In this document: positions 10,344 to 19,827 of the stretch, one piece after another
How the letters are laid out: the number at the start of each line of letters is the position of its first letter
How positions within the stretch are numbered: the first letter of the stretch is position 1
IMG/VR virus record: IMGVR_UViG_2609459797_000004
Coordinates: 1 to 32,091 of that record
Source of the DNA: a virus
Lineage: Duplodnaviria > Heunggongvirae > Uroviricota > Caudoviricetes
Reading direction: 5' to 3' (one strand)
DNA: 32,091 bases
The notes under the pieces: model-generated
Database searches by the model: none
Seen by the model: the letters and a program-made list of their open reading frames with translations, nothing else
Told to the model about the DNA's origin: nothing
Program-made: the position numbers and the translations under genes

Positions 10344-12470
10344 TTAACTCGGCATTAAGTCTGCCGGTGACTGTGGTGGTGACTGGAATTGCTGTTGTTG
10401 TGACTCGGCGACATCTTTCAGAAGGCGTATTGCCTCCATCACTGCTTTGTCATCGATGTTTCTGGCTTGAGCCAGTTTATAGACAGTGTTTGCCTGACTC
10501 TCCATCGCATCCTGCTGGGCAGTAAATGCTTTGATTTGAGTTTGAGCAGTTTCGTTAGTTGCTTTTTGCGCTTCTGCCTGCGCTGCTACCATTTGCGCCT
10601 GAGCGAGAACCATTTCAGGATTTGGCTGGCTTTGTGCTGCCATTTGCGCCTGTTGAACAATCTGCTGCTCTTTCTCATTGCGTGGTTTTGCAATGCCAGA
10701 TATCAGCAGTTGGTTTCGGTTGTACTCTTTGAAGTCATCAAGGCCTTCGCCATCGATATTGTCCAGAATAATACCCTGAATTGCCTGGCGCATTGGGTCT
10801 GTTGGAAGCATAGAGCTAAGGACATTTGTCAGTACAGAAACCGTTGCATCACGTCGTGCTGTGTAGCTTGGTCCAACATCAACCGTCACATCGTATCGAC
10901 CGACAGAAAGGTCATTTAACGCAACAACAGCCCCTGTTTGCCTGTCAACAACCTGTGCACTCAGGACAGCGATATCATCACTTCCATCTTCGTTAACGAT
11001 GCGCACTTCACGCTCTGAACCGTACACTTCACGAGCCATTGACAGCCATACTTCACCAGCGCGTTTAAGACTTTTCGCCATATTGTCCAGATAGATAAAC
11101 GAAGCCATATCTGCTCTGTTCATCAAGTTGTTAACCGTTTCCTGAGCAATATTACTTGGCATCTGCTGCATGGCCTGACTGCCGCCTGTAACCTCCTGAA
11201 TATCAGCACTGGTTTGCTGTAGTAATGCAGCCAATGCCTGATTCATAACCGCAGGCTGTGTATATCCTGCCGGGGTAGCTCCAGCGATAATGTTGCCAGA
11301 TTTATCTCTCACTTCGCGCAACGGCAAGAACGCTGGTCGTTTCTTGTTGCGAGCCTCCCAGTGCTTCTCAAGTCCACGAATTTGCTCCATGCCAACTATA
11401 GGGATCTGACCGGGGTCTTGCGCTGCAGTATCAGCCAGCATTGAAACCTGAAGGTTGTACAAACGCTGTGGATCCATTGCTTTTGCAATGTGCCCTTCGA
11501 CACGCTCAATGTCATCAATGAACCAGCGTTTTCCATAAACCGGGATGAGGGGGATATGCTCACCAGGAATACGACGAGGTTTCTCAAGGAAACCATCACC
11601 ATCCACTACGGATACATACACACGACGGCGCTTCACTGAGCGCCTTGCCACTTCCTGAAATCCAGCTATTGCCAGTTCATCTTCAATATCTTCAACCTGA
11701 TCACTGTCGTATGTTGCAATCTCTCCAGTGATTGGATGTCGATAACTGATGACGTCAACAGACTCTTTACGAACTTCGTAATACTTCGCTATGTAAATAA
11801 CATCTGCATCAAACCAGTCATATTCCCAACTGGTCATAGACGTTACATCCAGAGAAGAAGGAGGTTTCTTTCCGTATTCAGCCTCATATTTTTCAGGTGA
11901 CAACGAATACATGCAGAACGCCCACAACGCGTCAGATTTGTCGTACTTCTTAGCGTCAGGGTCAAACCACACAGAGCGCGACGGGTCGTATATTGGTTCA
12001 ATAGCAATACGCTGACGATCGTCCATTGGGTCGTATTCATTGACCAGCATAGACGTCAAACGGAAGCAACCGAAACCACCAGTAGCAGCGTCGTCAAATG
12101 CATTATCGCAAGCCTCACCGCCATCAGTTTCTTCGTAGTCAGCACGGAACAGACCATTTAATTTATTGGCTAACTCTTCGCTTGCCTCTCTGTCACCAGG
12201 ACGAAACTTAACGGTGATTCTGTTATTGCGGTATTCTGCAATGATGCGGTTAAGTTCAGTTGCTACCTTATTGATTTCAAACTTAGGATACTTCTCGAAC
12301 TGCTCATCAAGCTTAGTTCCAGCCGCCGTTGCTCCTTCCCATTGACCTCCGGGGACACGAGCAAACCTCGTAGCTTCAATGCACTTTTCGCGCACTTCCT
12401 GCTGTGGAGAATAGGCGCGGTCAAACCTGAGCATGATCCGCTCATGTTTTTTCTCTAATGTCTCTGCCAT
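10344..12470 (-). CDS. Portal protein, P22 gp1 family (about 708 aa from the internal Met)
   Basis: Motifs KRRRVY and GEHIPLIPVYG parallel P22 portal motifs; Gln/Ala-rich C-terminal barrel region. Start set at the Met of MAETLEKK, 2 nt after the TerL stop; the track ORF extends to 12542. Confidence 0.85.
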   Translation of the reverse strand: MAETLEKKHERIMLRFDRAYSPQQEVREKCIEATRFARVPGGQWEGATAAGTKLDEQFEKYPKFEINKVATELNRIIAEYRNNRITVKFRPGDREASEELANKLNGLFRADYEETDGGEACDNAFDDAATGGFGCFRLTSMLVNEYDPMDDRQRIAIEPIYDPSRSVWFDPDAKKYDKSDALWAFCMYSLSPEKYEAEYGKKPPSSLDVTSMTSWEYDWFDADVIYIAKYYEVRKESVDVISYRHPITGEIATYDSDQVEDIEDELAIAGFQEVARRSVKRRRVYVSVVDGDGFLEKPRRIPGEHIPLIPVYGKRWFIDDIERVEGHIAKAMDPQRLYNLQVSMLADTAAQDPGQIPIVGMEQIRGLEKHWEARNKKRPAFLPLREVRDKSGNIIAGATPAGYTQPAVMNQALAALLQQTSADIQEVTGGSQAMQQMPSNIAQETVNNLMNRADMASFIYLDNMAKSLKRAGEVWLSMAREVYGSEREVRIVNEDGSDDIAVLSAQVVDRQTGAVVALNDLSVGRYDVTVDVGPSYTARRDATVSVLTNVLSSMLPTDPMRQAIQGIILDNIDGEGLDDFKEYNRNQLLISGIAKPRNEKEQQIVQQAQMAAQSQPNPEMVLAQAQMVAAQAEAQKATNETAQTQIKAFTAQQDAMESQANTVYKLAQARNIDDKAVMEAIRLLKDVAESQQQQFQSPPQSPADLMPS

Positions 12471-12472
12471 GT

Positions 12473-13885
12473 TTACCAACCGGAGGATGAGGGAACGTAT
12501 ATTTCTGTTTCTTCGCGGACCAATGCCGGGCAATGCATACACATCATCAGCGCATCAGCCAGGTTAGGAGATGGAATACCGAGCTTCTGCTTCATTTCGA
12601 CCTTAGTCATAAGCTCCAGCTTCCCGTTATTATTGAATTTGCGCTGAATCTGCGTCAGTTCTGCAAACAGCTTCTCCAGCATCTTCTCGCCTATCGCTTC
12701 TTTGTCGAAACTCAGCATGTCGTCGGGGTCTGCATACTCACCATGAACAACCGCCCGATATGTCAGATACAGCCTGTCAGCCAGCGCGTAATAGAATTGC
12801 GCTCGCTTATTGCGGAATACATCGCCAATAGTGCGAACGTTGTCGCCCTGTACGACTTCATCGGCCCATGCTCCGGCCTGATACGGTGCATCTTCATCGA
12901 ATGGCGATTCGCTGCCCTTGAACATCGTGGCGGTGATTTTCTTGCCGGAGAACGCTTCCGTTGTCTGTCTGCGTAGCCCGGCACCAACACCATCACCATC
13001 CCACAGGTAGTGGTCAGCGCCGTCTTCAATCGCCAGCGAAGTAGCCCAGTCAGCACCATCGTTGATGTCCATCAGCAGACCTTCGGCAATGCGCTTAACT
13101 ACCGAGCCGTGGCGCGATGCGTAACCTTTAGCATCTGGCCCTGTATCTGACGGGTCATGTGCAGAAACAACAGCGCCTTTCGCTTTCCATCCGAGTTTCT
13201 TGTGCGCATCGGTTGCGGCTTCAAGCCATTCACGTTTGATGATTGCCATATCACTTGCGCTTACTGGCTCACCAAGCCAGATGTGACGATATAGTGTCGG
13301 ATTTCTGCGTTTGCACTCTTCCATCTCCAGACGGAGAACTTCAGGAAAGTGCGGGTTGTCGGTGTAGTTCACTGTCAGCAGGCAAATATCATCAGGAGGA
13401 TTTACGACGAATCGCTGATAGGTATCGTCGAGGATGTTCTTAGGGTTAAAGCTCACCCATATTTCTGAAAACGGCTTGCGGATGGTTGGTATCAGGATAT
13501 CCCATGATTCCTTCGTTACCGCTTCCGCTTCTTCCACCCAGCAGATATCAATGCCTTCGAGCGATTTAATCTTCGTCGGGTTGTTTTTGATGCCGTAGAA
13601 CATGAATTCAGCATTCGTTCCGAGATGACGAATCATGGAACGCTGAATTTCAAACTCAGCCGAATACCCTTCCCGCTCTATGGTGTCTTCAAGCAACCGA
13701 ATTACCGAATCGCTGATACTGTTTTGCAGCTCACGAGCGCAAAGTATGCGCACAGGCTGCCGACGCGCCGCTTCAACAAGCAGCCTCGCAATTGCCCATG
13801 ACTTACCGCTACCTCGACCGCCTTTGGCGACTTTGTAGCGATGCGCCTCAATGAACGGTTCAAAGATAGGATTAATCGAGGTCAT
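12473..13885 (-). CDS. Terminase large subunit (470 aa), Sf6 gp2-like
   Basis: Walker A motif VAKGGRGSGKSWA near the N-terminus; length and N-terminal sequence match the remembered Sf6 TerL. Confidence 0.9.
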   Translation of the reverse strand: MTSINPIFEPFIEAHRYKVAKGGRGSGKSWAIARLLVEAARRQPVRILCARELQNSISDSVIRLLEDTIEREGYSAEFEIQRSMIRHLGTNAEFMFYGIKNNPTKIKSLEGIDICWVEEAEAVTKESWDILIPTIRKPFSEIWVSFNPKNILDDTYQRFVVNPPDDICLLTVNYTDNPHFPEVLRLEMEECKRRNPTLYRHIWLGEPVSASDMAIIKREWLEAATDAHKKLGWKAKGAVVSAHDPSDTGPDAKGYASRHGSVVKRIAEGLLMDINDGADWATSLAIEDGADHYLWDGDGVGAGLRRQTTEAFSGKKITATMFKGSESPFDEDAPYQAGAWADEVVQGDNVRTIGDVFRNKRAQFYYALADRLYLTYRAVVHGEYADPDDMLSFDKEAIGEKMLEKLFAELTQIQRKFNNNGKLELMTKVEMKQKLGIPSPNLADALMMCMHCPALVREETEIYVPSSSGW

Positions 13886-14322
13886 TTTCCGAATAGAGTG
13901 CTCATCGGTGATGTTTCAATCTGGATTGCGCCGCCGTCTTTGCCTGTTAGCTCGTGATCAACCTTGTCGCGCCATTTATCCTTCTGTCGGTTCTTAAGCC
14001 AGAAGATGGCGGCGGTTGTATCAGGCGGGTAATACTTCTCAAGCGGAGTTTCGACAATTCTGTTTTCAATAACACGAATATCGATGTCTGGAGCCACGAA
14101 GCCCATAGCGCGTTGATAAAGACGGTCACTAACTTCTGCATCAGCGACGGCCTTACCCTTTTTTATGGACTCCGAAAACTTAGGATAATCAAGCTTCCAC
14201 TTGTTAATAGTTGACTCACTGACTTCAAAGAAATCAGCAAGTTCTGCATCGGTGTAGCCCAGCAAGCACAGTTTGCGTGCCTGTTCGGCATACGCCTCTT
14301 GATACTTTGTTGGGCGCGCCAT
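13882..14322 (-). CDS. Terminase small subunit (146 aa), P22/Sf6 family
   Basis: C-terminus ELTGKDGGAIQIETSPMSTLFGK matches the Sf6/P22 TerS C-terminus; overlaps the TerL start. Confidence 0.8.
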   Translation of the reverse strand: MARPTKYQEAYAEQARKLCLLGYTDAELADFFEVSESTINKWKLDYPKFSESIKKGKAVADAEVSDRLYQRAMGFVAPDIDIRVIENRIVETPLEKYYPPDTTAAIFWLKNRQKDKWRDKVDHELTGKDGGAIQIETSPMSTLFGK

Positions 14323-14324
14323 GT

Positions 14325-14567
14325 TTATGCTCCGGTAGTGAACAGGTCTAACGCTTCCTTCGATTTACGCACCGCTTCGATAGTGCGGGTCGTGATATCT
14401 GAATTAGCGCCGCCTGACTGGAAGTGAATTTTGAATAGCTCAAGCTTCAGCTCGTCAGTGCCAATGAACTGAAATGCTTCTTCTGCGGCTGCGTTCTGGT
14501 TCATGACCAGTTTGTAAATCTCTAACTGGAATTTCTGTTCTTCAGTCATGGGAATAATCTCTGCCAT
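14325..14567 (-). CDS. Hypothetical protein (80 aa) upstream of terminase
   Basis: GGAG ribosome-binding site upstream of the ATG; stop 2 nt before the TerS start. Confidence 0.4.
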   Translation of the reverse strand: MAEIIPMTEEQKFQLEIYKLVMNQNAAAEEAFQFIGTDELKLELFKIHFQSGGANSDITTRTIEAVRKSKEALDLFTTGA

Positions 14568-15014
14568 TGTTGGCTCCGTTTATCCGTTAAAAGGGATATC
14601 AGTTAAGTTATCCCGTGTAGGGTATAAGCCATTGTCGAGACCACTCATTGAATGGCCTCTGCAATAACCGATGTCTTTCCATCAGTCCGCCACCACAAAG
14701 AATCTTTTTTGCCATAAGGCTGGAGGTTCATCTTTCAGTGGCTGCCAGTGTTATTTCCCCACTTACTGGCTTGGGTTGTTTCGCGGTACTGCCGTAACTG
14801 GTTGCCCAGAATAAATTCCGGTTTCATTATCAAGCCCACCCGTAGATAGGCTTTGTAATGAACTGGCTCTTATCTCAACGCAGCCCCTTACCGCGCGCCA
14901 GATGCTCAACTTCAAGCATCAGCAATGAGATGTTTAATCTGGATTCACTCCAGAAGTGATCACCACCCTGTCTACAGAGCCAGATGTGAAGGATGATGAG
15001 TAAAATTATCGCTA

Positions 15015-15482
15015 TCATCGAAGGCATTGCGTCCTGATGTATTCCTGAAGAGTTCTCAGTGCTGTTTGGTCGCGGATAATTCCGTCCCGGACACCGAGAA
15101 CGTTTCGTCCAGCAACTGGAGAGAGTTCGACGGTGGCATCATTGCCCATGCCGGAGGCGCCGGAGGTTTCGGCTGAGGATGGCACAGGGCATTTTCCTTT
15201 GACGAGCACCCTGCCACCATTATCAAGCTTGCGACGAAGAGCATCATTTTCAGCTTTCGCATCAGCTAACTCCTTCGTGTATTTAACATCGAGTACATCA
15301 GCAGCACGCTGGCGTTGCTGCATGTCAGTAATGGTGGCGGTCGCCTGCTTCAGCTCACTGACTTTTTTATCACGCTGTTCTTTATAGGCGATGGCGTTAT
15401 CACGGTAATGATTAACAGCCCATGACAGGCAGACGATGATGCAGATAACCAGAGCGGAGATAATCGCGGTGACTCTGCTCAT
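15015..15482 (-). CDS. Rz: Spanin inner-membrane subunit Rz (i-spanin)
   Basis: [31 protein letters not shown]...[14 protein letters not shown] closely matches lambda Rz. The ATG at 15480..15482 overlaps the endolysin stop (ATGA); the track ORF starts at an upstream GTG (15494). Confidence 0.85.
   Translation of the reverse strand: MSRVTAIISALVICIIVCLSWAVNHYRDNAIAYKEQRDKKVSELKQATATITDMQQRQRAADVLDVKYTKELADAKAENDALRRKLDNGGRVLVKGKCPVPSSAETSGASGMGNDATVELSPVAGRNVLGVRDGIIRDQTALRTLQEYIRTQCLR
15056..15262 (-). CDS. Rz1: Spanin outer-membrane lipoprotein Rz1 (o-spanin), embedded in the +1 frame of Rz
   Basis: Lipobox LIMVAGC followed by a proline-rich segment ([11 protein letters not shown]); fully embedded within Rz as in lambda. 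Confidence 0.7.
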   Translation of the reverse strand: MRKLKMMLFVASLIMVAGCSSKENALCHPQPKPPAPPAWAMMPPSNSLQLLDETFSVSGTELSATKQH

Positions 15483-15982
15483 TGCTGCCCCCACAAACAG
15501 ACTTCACGCTCAATCTCACGGCGAGTCATCAGCCCTTTCCATTGCTTACCGCCAGCGTATGTCCAGCGACGTAGCTGGTCACATGCGCCATTGATATCGC
15601 CCTGGTTGATTTTGCGAAGAAGCGTCGATGTTCTGAAATTGCCTGCGCCCACGTTATAGACGAACGAATAAAGAGCGCCGCGCGTTGTTTCCGGTATATC
15701 GACTTTGATGTACGGGTTAATTTGTCTGGCGACCGTGGCAAGGTCTTTATTCAGGAGGGCTTTGCATTCTGCTTCGGTATACGTTTTACCGAGCATGATG
15801 TCTTTTCCGGTATGTCCGTGACATACAGTCCATACACCAACAATATCTTTGTATGGTATGTAGCTGACACCTTCCAGACCATCGTTACCACTTGGCCCAG
15901 TGATTAACACAGATGCTATAGCAATAGCCCCGCCACTTATCGCCGCTATTACGCTATTTCGTAGTGCCGGTGACATTGCCAT
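15479..15982 (-). CDS. SAR endolysin (phage 21 R-type lysozyme, 167 aa)
   Basis: N-terminal weakly hydrophobic Gly/Ala-rich signal-anchor-release segment ([16 protein letters not shown]), then lysozyme body; near-identical to the remembered R21 sequence. Confidence 0.85.
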   Translation of the reverse strand: MAMSPALRNSVIAAISGGAIAIASVLITGPSGNDGLEGVSYIPYKDIVGVWTVCHGHTGKDIMLGKTYTEAECKALLNKDLATVARQINPYIKVDIPETTRGALYSFVYNVGAGNFRTSTLLRKINQGDINGACDQLRRWTYAGGKQWKGLMTRREIEREVCLWGQQ

Positions 15983-16157
15983 TCAATCTGTCCTCGCGCT
16001 CTTTGCGCTTGTAGTACCAGTTGATGCCAAATGTGCCGACAGTACAAAGAATACCAATGATGACAGCCCAGTCATTCAGGGAGAGAATGCCACCCATCGC
16101 AGTCAGTCCTCCGAAGCTGTAACTGAACCATTCTCTGATTTTGTCCATACGGTACAT
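15954..16157 (-). CDS. Class II holin (pinholin-like) with dual-start motif
   Basis: 67 aa with two predicted transmembrane segments and a charged C-terminus; starts M-Y-R-M (two Mets separated by a basic residue); overlaps the endolysin start. Confidence 0.65.
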   Translation of the reverse strand: MYRMDKIREWFSYSFGGLTAMGGILSLNDWAVIIGILCTVGTFGINWYYKRKEREDRLNGNVTGTTK

Positions 16158-16284
16158 GCTCTACCCCTTCATTGAGGGGATTTGCTCTATTTAATTAGGA
16201 ATAAGGTCGATTACTGATAGAACAAATCCAGGCTACTGTGTTTAGTAATCAGATTTGTTCGTGACCGATATGCACGGGCAAAAT

Positions 16285-16314
16285 GGCAGGAGGTTGTTAG
16301 CGCGACCTCCTGCC
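16285..16314 (-). terminator. Strong hairpin in the late leader (candidate tR'-like terminator)
   Basis: 10-bp perfect stem GGCAGGAGGT/ACCTCCTGCC with a 10-nt loop, followed on the minus strand by ATTTTG; lies between the Q-like gene and the holin. Confidence 0.4.
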
Positions 16315-16658
16315 ACCCGCTTTCACGAAGATCATGTGTAGAAGGCCGCAGCGTAACTATCACTGATGAATTCATGATAGCCAGTGGCTACTGCTCAGTT
16401 TGGATTGTGGCGACCGGTGCTGATCTCCGGTTTGCTGCAACTGCCTACAGCGGGCTACGTGGCCACACCGAATCCAGCGAAAGATTCTTGCCCTTACACA
16501 TCAGCCTGTGCATTCACCACAACGATAAGAGCACTGCGCGGCACCTTTCACCAATTCCGCGAGGTCTGCGGGTTCAATGCTCTTACCTGTTGTGCAAACA
16601 AAAAAAGCCACCGTTGCAACTTAAGAGTCACTAACGGCAGCTTACCCTCTAATTATGG

Positions 16659-17177
16659 CTAAATGGCTAATTGCATGTCAAGGCTTTTAACAGCAACATG
16701 CTTAACTTTCTCAACACGTTTACGCATTTTGAAAGCATTTTGCATTGGTTGGTACAAAACAAATAACGACGATTTCAGGATGTCGTCAATTTCGTTTCTA
16801 CAGGTTGCCAGTGAAGGTTTTCTCCATCCCTCGCCACCACGTCCACACATCTTGCGTGGCTTTGCAGTCGCGTGATAGTAGGATGCAATTGCTCGCTTTG
16901 ATGAACCATGAGCGTAGTAGCTGAGGAGGATGCCAAAGGCTTTCTTGTCAATGTACATGACGGAATCGACGACCTGAGAAATCAACATTCCATCATCATC
17001 ATTACACATTGGCCTTGTCATAACTCTTCCCGGCTCTACGCTCTCCATGAACTTCGCTATTACGCTGCTCATGCGCTTTTCCAGACGACCTGAATAAACC
17101 CATGCGCCCCAAAGTTCAAGCCAGCCATTCAGCCACTCGTGCTGCTCTTTGGTGAGGTTTAGTTCTCTTATGCTCAT
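16659..17177 (-). CDS. Putative late-gene antiterminator (Q-like, 172 aa)
   Basis: Last gene of the nin region, immediately upstream of the ~0.5-kb late leader and lysis cassette. Assigned by position only; sequence family not recognised. Confidence 0.5.
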   Translation of the reverse strand: MSIRELNLTKEQHEWLNGWLELWGAWVYSGRLEKRMSSVIAKFMESVEPGRVMTRPMCNDDDGMLISQVVDSVMYIDKKAFGILLSYYAHGSSKRAIASYYHATAKPRKMCGRGGEGWRKPSLATCRNEIDDILKSSLFVLYQPMQNAFKMRKRVEKVKHVAVKSLDMQLAI

Positions 17178-17362
17178 GGCCTTCCCCTTTTGCCCTGTTT
17201 GACCATCAGGACGCCGTTAACTATTACGTGACGCTCGCCTTTGCTGTCTCGGTTGTACTTGAGCACTGTTCCTCTTGCGCAGGAAAGCATCCTCGCCACT
17301 TCGGTCTGATTGCCTCGTGTCTGGATAAGAAGCTCTGGTATCGTTTGAATTGTGGCGTTCAT
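17174..17362 (-). CDS. ninH: NinH
   Basis: IPELLIQTRGNQTEVARMLSCARGTVLKY...HVIVNGVLMV matches lambda NinH. Confidence 0.8.
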   Translation of the reverse strand: MNATIQTIPELLIQTRGNQTEVARMLSCARGTVLKYNRDSKGERHVIVNGVLMVKQGKRGRP

Positions 17363-17721
17363 ACGCTCTCCAGTTCGGTGATTTTTATTCCAAGCCTTCC
17401 GCCTGGTACTTTCACGCCACGAATTACGCGAATGTCATCGAATTGCTCGTCGTCTTCCGCAAATCCGGCGTGGATAAGAGAGTCGAGTAAACCTTTCAGG
17501 ATGTTATCGAGGTCGCGGCGGCGGGAGTCTGGAACGTCTGCGATGACTTTGATGCGGAGTCGTGATTTGGTGAAAATGTCTAACTTGAGTTGGCGGATGA
17601 TTTGCTGAACGTCTTTTCGGTATTTCTGGCCTTTATCGCTGATGTAGTATTGGCTTCCCAGTCTTCGCCAGTAGGTATTCACCGACGGCGGGTATGGAAG
17701 CACAAACTGATATTCGTTCAT
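17359..17721 (-). CDS. rusA: Holliday-junction resolvase RusA (120 aa)
   Basis: PDSRRRDLDNILKGLLDSLIHAGF...GGRLGIKITE matches the RusA catalytic region; same length as E. coli RusA. Confidence 0.85.
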   Translation of the reverse strand: MNEYQFVLPYPPSVNTYWRRLGSQYYISDKGQKYRKDVQQIIRQLKLDIFTKSRLRIKVIADVPDSRRRDLDNILKGLLDSLIHAGFAEDDEQFDDIRVIRGVKVPGGRLGIKITELESV

Positions 17722-18008
17722 GGCTTAATCTTTCCCTCCTTCAGCAGTATCGCCTGCGTCCTGATCACGCCTTCGAGGTGGTAAAGTCTGGCGTCTTTGT
17801 TGTCGAGGTTATGGGTGCGTCGGTCGATTTCATCGTGACACGCGCTACAAGCCCATGCACCGATCAGGTCGTCAGGCTTCATTCCCGCTCCGCAAATTCC
17901 AGCCATCCGGTAATGTGCCAGAACTGTAGTTTCAGGATTGCCATTGCATATGCCGTAAATACGTACCTGGCATTCTCTGCCGCGTGCTTCTTTGCGTAGG
18001 TTAGCCAT
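17718..18008 (-). CDS. Cys-rich nin-region protein, YbcO/DUF1364-like (96 aa)
   Basis: Cys/His-rich (CQVRIYGICNG...CSACHDEIDR); lies upstream of rusA as ybcO does in DLP12-type nin regions. Confidence 0.55.
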   Translation of the reverse strand: MANLRKEARGRECQVRIYGICNGNPETTVLAHYRMAGICGAGMKPDDLIGAWACSACHDEIDRRTHNLDNKDARLYHLEGVIRTQAILLKEGKIKP

Positions 18009-18277
18009 TATGGTTCACTCCAGTAATTCTCAATTGCAGCAGCCATTCTCTGCATCCACTCAGCCAGCTTTAACGCGGCTTCTCTTTCAGAACCACATTT
18101 AGGGAAATCCTTCATTTCCATGCTGGCCTTATATGTTCTGAATGCCAGGTCTCCGGTAATAACCAGCTCCTGATCAAGCACAGAGCGTTTATTCCGGTGT
18201 TGAACGTAATAGACAGATTCAGTCCGCATTTCTTCTCTGTCTTTTTTGAAGGAAATAAGCTCAGAGAAATCACTCAT
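18008..18277 (-). CDS. Hypothetical nin-region protein (89 aa)
   Basis: ORF with ATG start; stop overlaps the next gene's start. Confidence 0.4.
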   Translation of the reverse strand: MSDFSELISFKKDREEMRTESVYYVQHRNKRSVLDQELVITGDLAFRTYKASMEMKDFPKCGSEREAALKLAEWMQRMAAAIENYWSEP

Positions 18278-18440
18278 CGTCTTCTTCCTCGTACATTGAG
18301 CTATTCGGATCGCTCATCAGCTCTGCGCAGCAGAGCTCACACACGTTAACTTCCAGCACATGCAGCTTCTGACCGCAGTTAGCGCACGTTAAAGCTCGCT
18401 CGACGCTTTCTTGTTCGTAACTTCGATTTGGGTCAATCAC
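18270..18440 (-). CDS. ninF: NinF-like Cys-rich small protein (~56 aa, GTG start)
   Basis: Not in the ORF track (below 60 aa). Minus-strand translation ...[50 protein letters not shown] matches remembered lambda NinF. GTG overlaps the NinE stop (GTGA); stop overlaps the next start. Confidence 0.45.
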   Translation of the reverse strand: MIDPNRSYEQESVERALTCANCGQKLHVLEVNVCELCCAELMSDPNSSMYEEEDDE

Positions 18441-18619
18441 CTTGTTTTCCTCGCACGTTCTCTAAGCCACCGGATATCCCACAGGTGAGCCGTGTAATTG
18501 AAGGTTTTTACGTCAGATTCTTTTGGGATTGGCTTGCGTTTATTTCTGGAGCGTTTCGTTGGAAGGTATTTGCAGTTTTCGCAGATTATGTCGGTGAAAC
18601 TTCGTCGCTGTCGTCTCAT
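18437..18619 (-). CDS. ninE: NinE
   Basis: [52 protein letters not shown] is near-identical to lambda NinE. Confidence 0.8.
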   Translation of the reverse strand: MRRQRRSFTDIICENCKYLPTKRSRNKRKPIPKESDVKTFNYTAHLWDIRWLRERARKTR

Positions 18620-19026
18620 TCGTACCTCCTGTCGGTAAATCTGACACCCTGACCAATAGCCCAGGCTGTTGTGTACTCGATCAGACTTGCCATACGCTTC
18701 ACGCTCATCTGCGCGCTGCTTTCGCGAATGTTGACGTATTCGCCTTCAAGGCCGGGCAAAACATCAGCTTCCTGCTTTGTAGCCACTGCATGACCGCTTA
18801 TCAACAAAACCTTCCATTGTTCCGGTTTTAACCATTTTCCGCACCATTGAACCTGACGTGCGATATCCGCCAGCATCGCGTGAAATTTTGCGTTCTGGTC
18901 AAGGTTGCGCTTGTAGTCAGTAATGCGGATGGTAACTGGCTTGTCTTTATCGAGAGGAGTTGCGAGGATGGCGTTGATTGCGGCTTGCTGTTGTTGCTTA
19001 GTTCGGAGGAATATTGTTTGCTTCAC
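18616..19026 (-). CDS. ninB: NinB (Orf-family recombination mediator, 136 aa)
   Basis: Central region [24 protein letters not shown] parallels lambda NinB DQNRKLWACLGDVSRQVEWHGRWL; GTG start with AAGGAG ribosome-binding site. Confidence 0.75.
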   Translation of the reverse strand: MKQTIFLRTKQQQQAAINAILATPLDKDKPVTIRITDYKRNLDQNAKFHAMLADIARQVQWCGKWLKPEQWKVLLISGHAVATKQEADVLPGLEGEYVNIRESSAQMSVKRMASLIEYTTAWAIGQGVRFTDRRYE

Positions 19027-19037
19027 TGAACACTCCT

Positions 19038-19229
19038 TTATTTTTTATGCCTGTAACCCCATTCTTCCAGCAACCTTGCGGCGTACCACCCAAGAAACAA
19101 AGGAAAGAACATTACAATGAGATATTCCCCGCCACGGTCAATGTTCGAAATTGACCAGATTACGATGTAACCAGTGCAGGACAGGAATATTACAAACCCC
19201 AAAAAGCTACTTCGTCGACTCATGCTCAC
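19038..19229 (-). CDS. Small membrane protein (63 aa)
   Basis: Two hydrophobic segments; overlaps the upstream ORF's stop. Confidence 0.35.
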   Translation of the reverse strand: MSMSRRSSFLGFVIFLSCTGYIVIWSISNIDRGGEYLIVMFFPLFLGWYAARLLEEWGYRHKK

Positions 19230-19546
19230 TCCTTCACTTTGATTCCAGCGGCGCAGATAGCCTCTACATCGCTTTCGTATTGCGATTCTGCACCTGAGTC
19301 ATAGCCAATGTGATAATCACCGGGAAGTGGGCCTTTCTTTGGCTTTTGCAGCTCAATCTCGATAGCTGCTCGCGATGCCTGCCATAAAGTCCACCACTCA
19401 TTTAAGGAGTGACGAATATCCATGCTTGAAAATGCGAAGTACCTATCACCATTTCTTGCCTCGGTTATCATCTCGAATGGTAATTTCAATTTTTTGGCAA
19501 CGTATTCCTCAAACTTCTTTCTTGATTCGTCCATATCACTCTCCAT
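19226..19546 (-). CDS. Hypothetical protein (106 aa)
   Basis: ORF with good codon periodicity in the nin region. Confidence 0.4.
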   Translation of the reverse strand: MESDMDESRKKFEEYVAKKLKLPFEMITEARNGDRYFAFSSMDIRHSLNEWWTLWQASRAAIEIELQKPKKGPLPGDYHIGYDSGAESQYESDVEAICAAGIKVKE

Positions 19547-19561
19547 CGATGATTTTTTGGG

Positions 19562-19744
19562 TTACCAATAATATTTGATAGTCGCCATAATTATCGGTAG
19601 CAACGCGCAGACGACTGAAAACCGTAAAACAAAACCTACCCCCAATATGCGATATGCATTATCCCAGAGAACAAAACTCATCATCAGAAGGAATCCATGA
19701 AAAATCGCGACAAGAAATAAACTACAAATAAATGCATTTACCAT
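19562..19744 (-). CDS. Small hydrophobic protein (60 aa)
   Basis: Almost entirely hydrophobic; first ORF after the post-helicase terminator. Confidence 0.3.
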   Translation of the reverse strand: MVNAFICSLFLVAIFHGFLLMMSFVLWDNAYRILGVGFVLRFSVVCALLPIIMATIKYYW

Positions 19745-19770
19745 CGGTACTTACCCCTCGCTCTTAATCC

Positions 19771-19800
19771 AATAAAAAAGGGCTACTGTGTAAATAGCCC
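19771..19800 (-). terminator. Intrinsic terminator downstream of the helicase gene (tR2-like position)
   Basis: Minus strand GGGCTA-TTTACACAG-TAGCCC hairpin followed by TTTTTTATT, about 28 nt after the helicase stop. Confidence 0.5.
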
Positions 19801-19827
19801 CTGTTATTAGCTCAGTGATGTAGATGG

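Noticed and set aside
16231-16241. 11-mer GGCTACTGTGT shared between the late leader and the post-helicase terminator (19781..19791)
   Set aside because: In a 32-kb window many exact 11-mer pairs are expected by chance, and the flanking sequences do not match.
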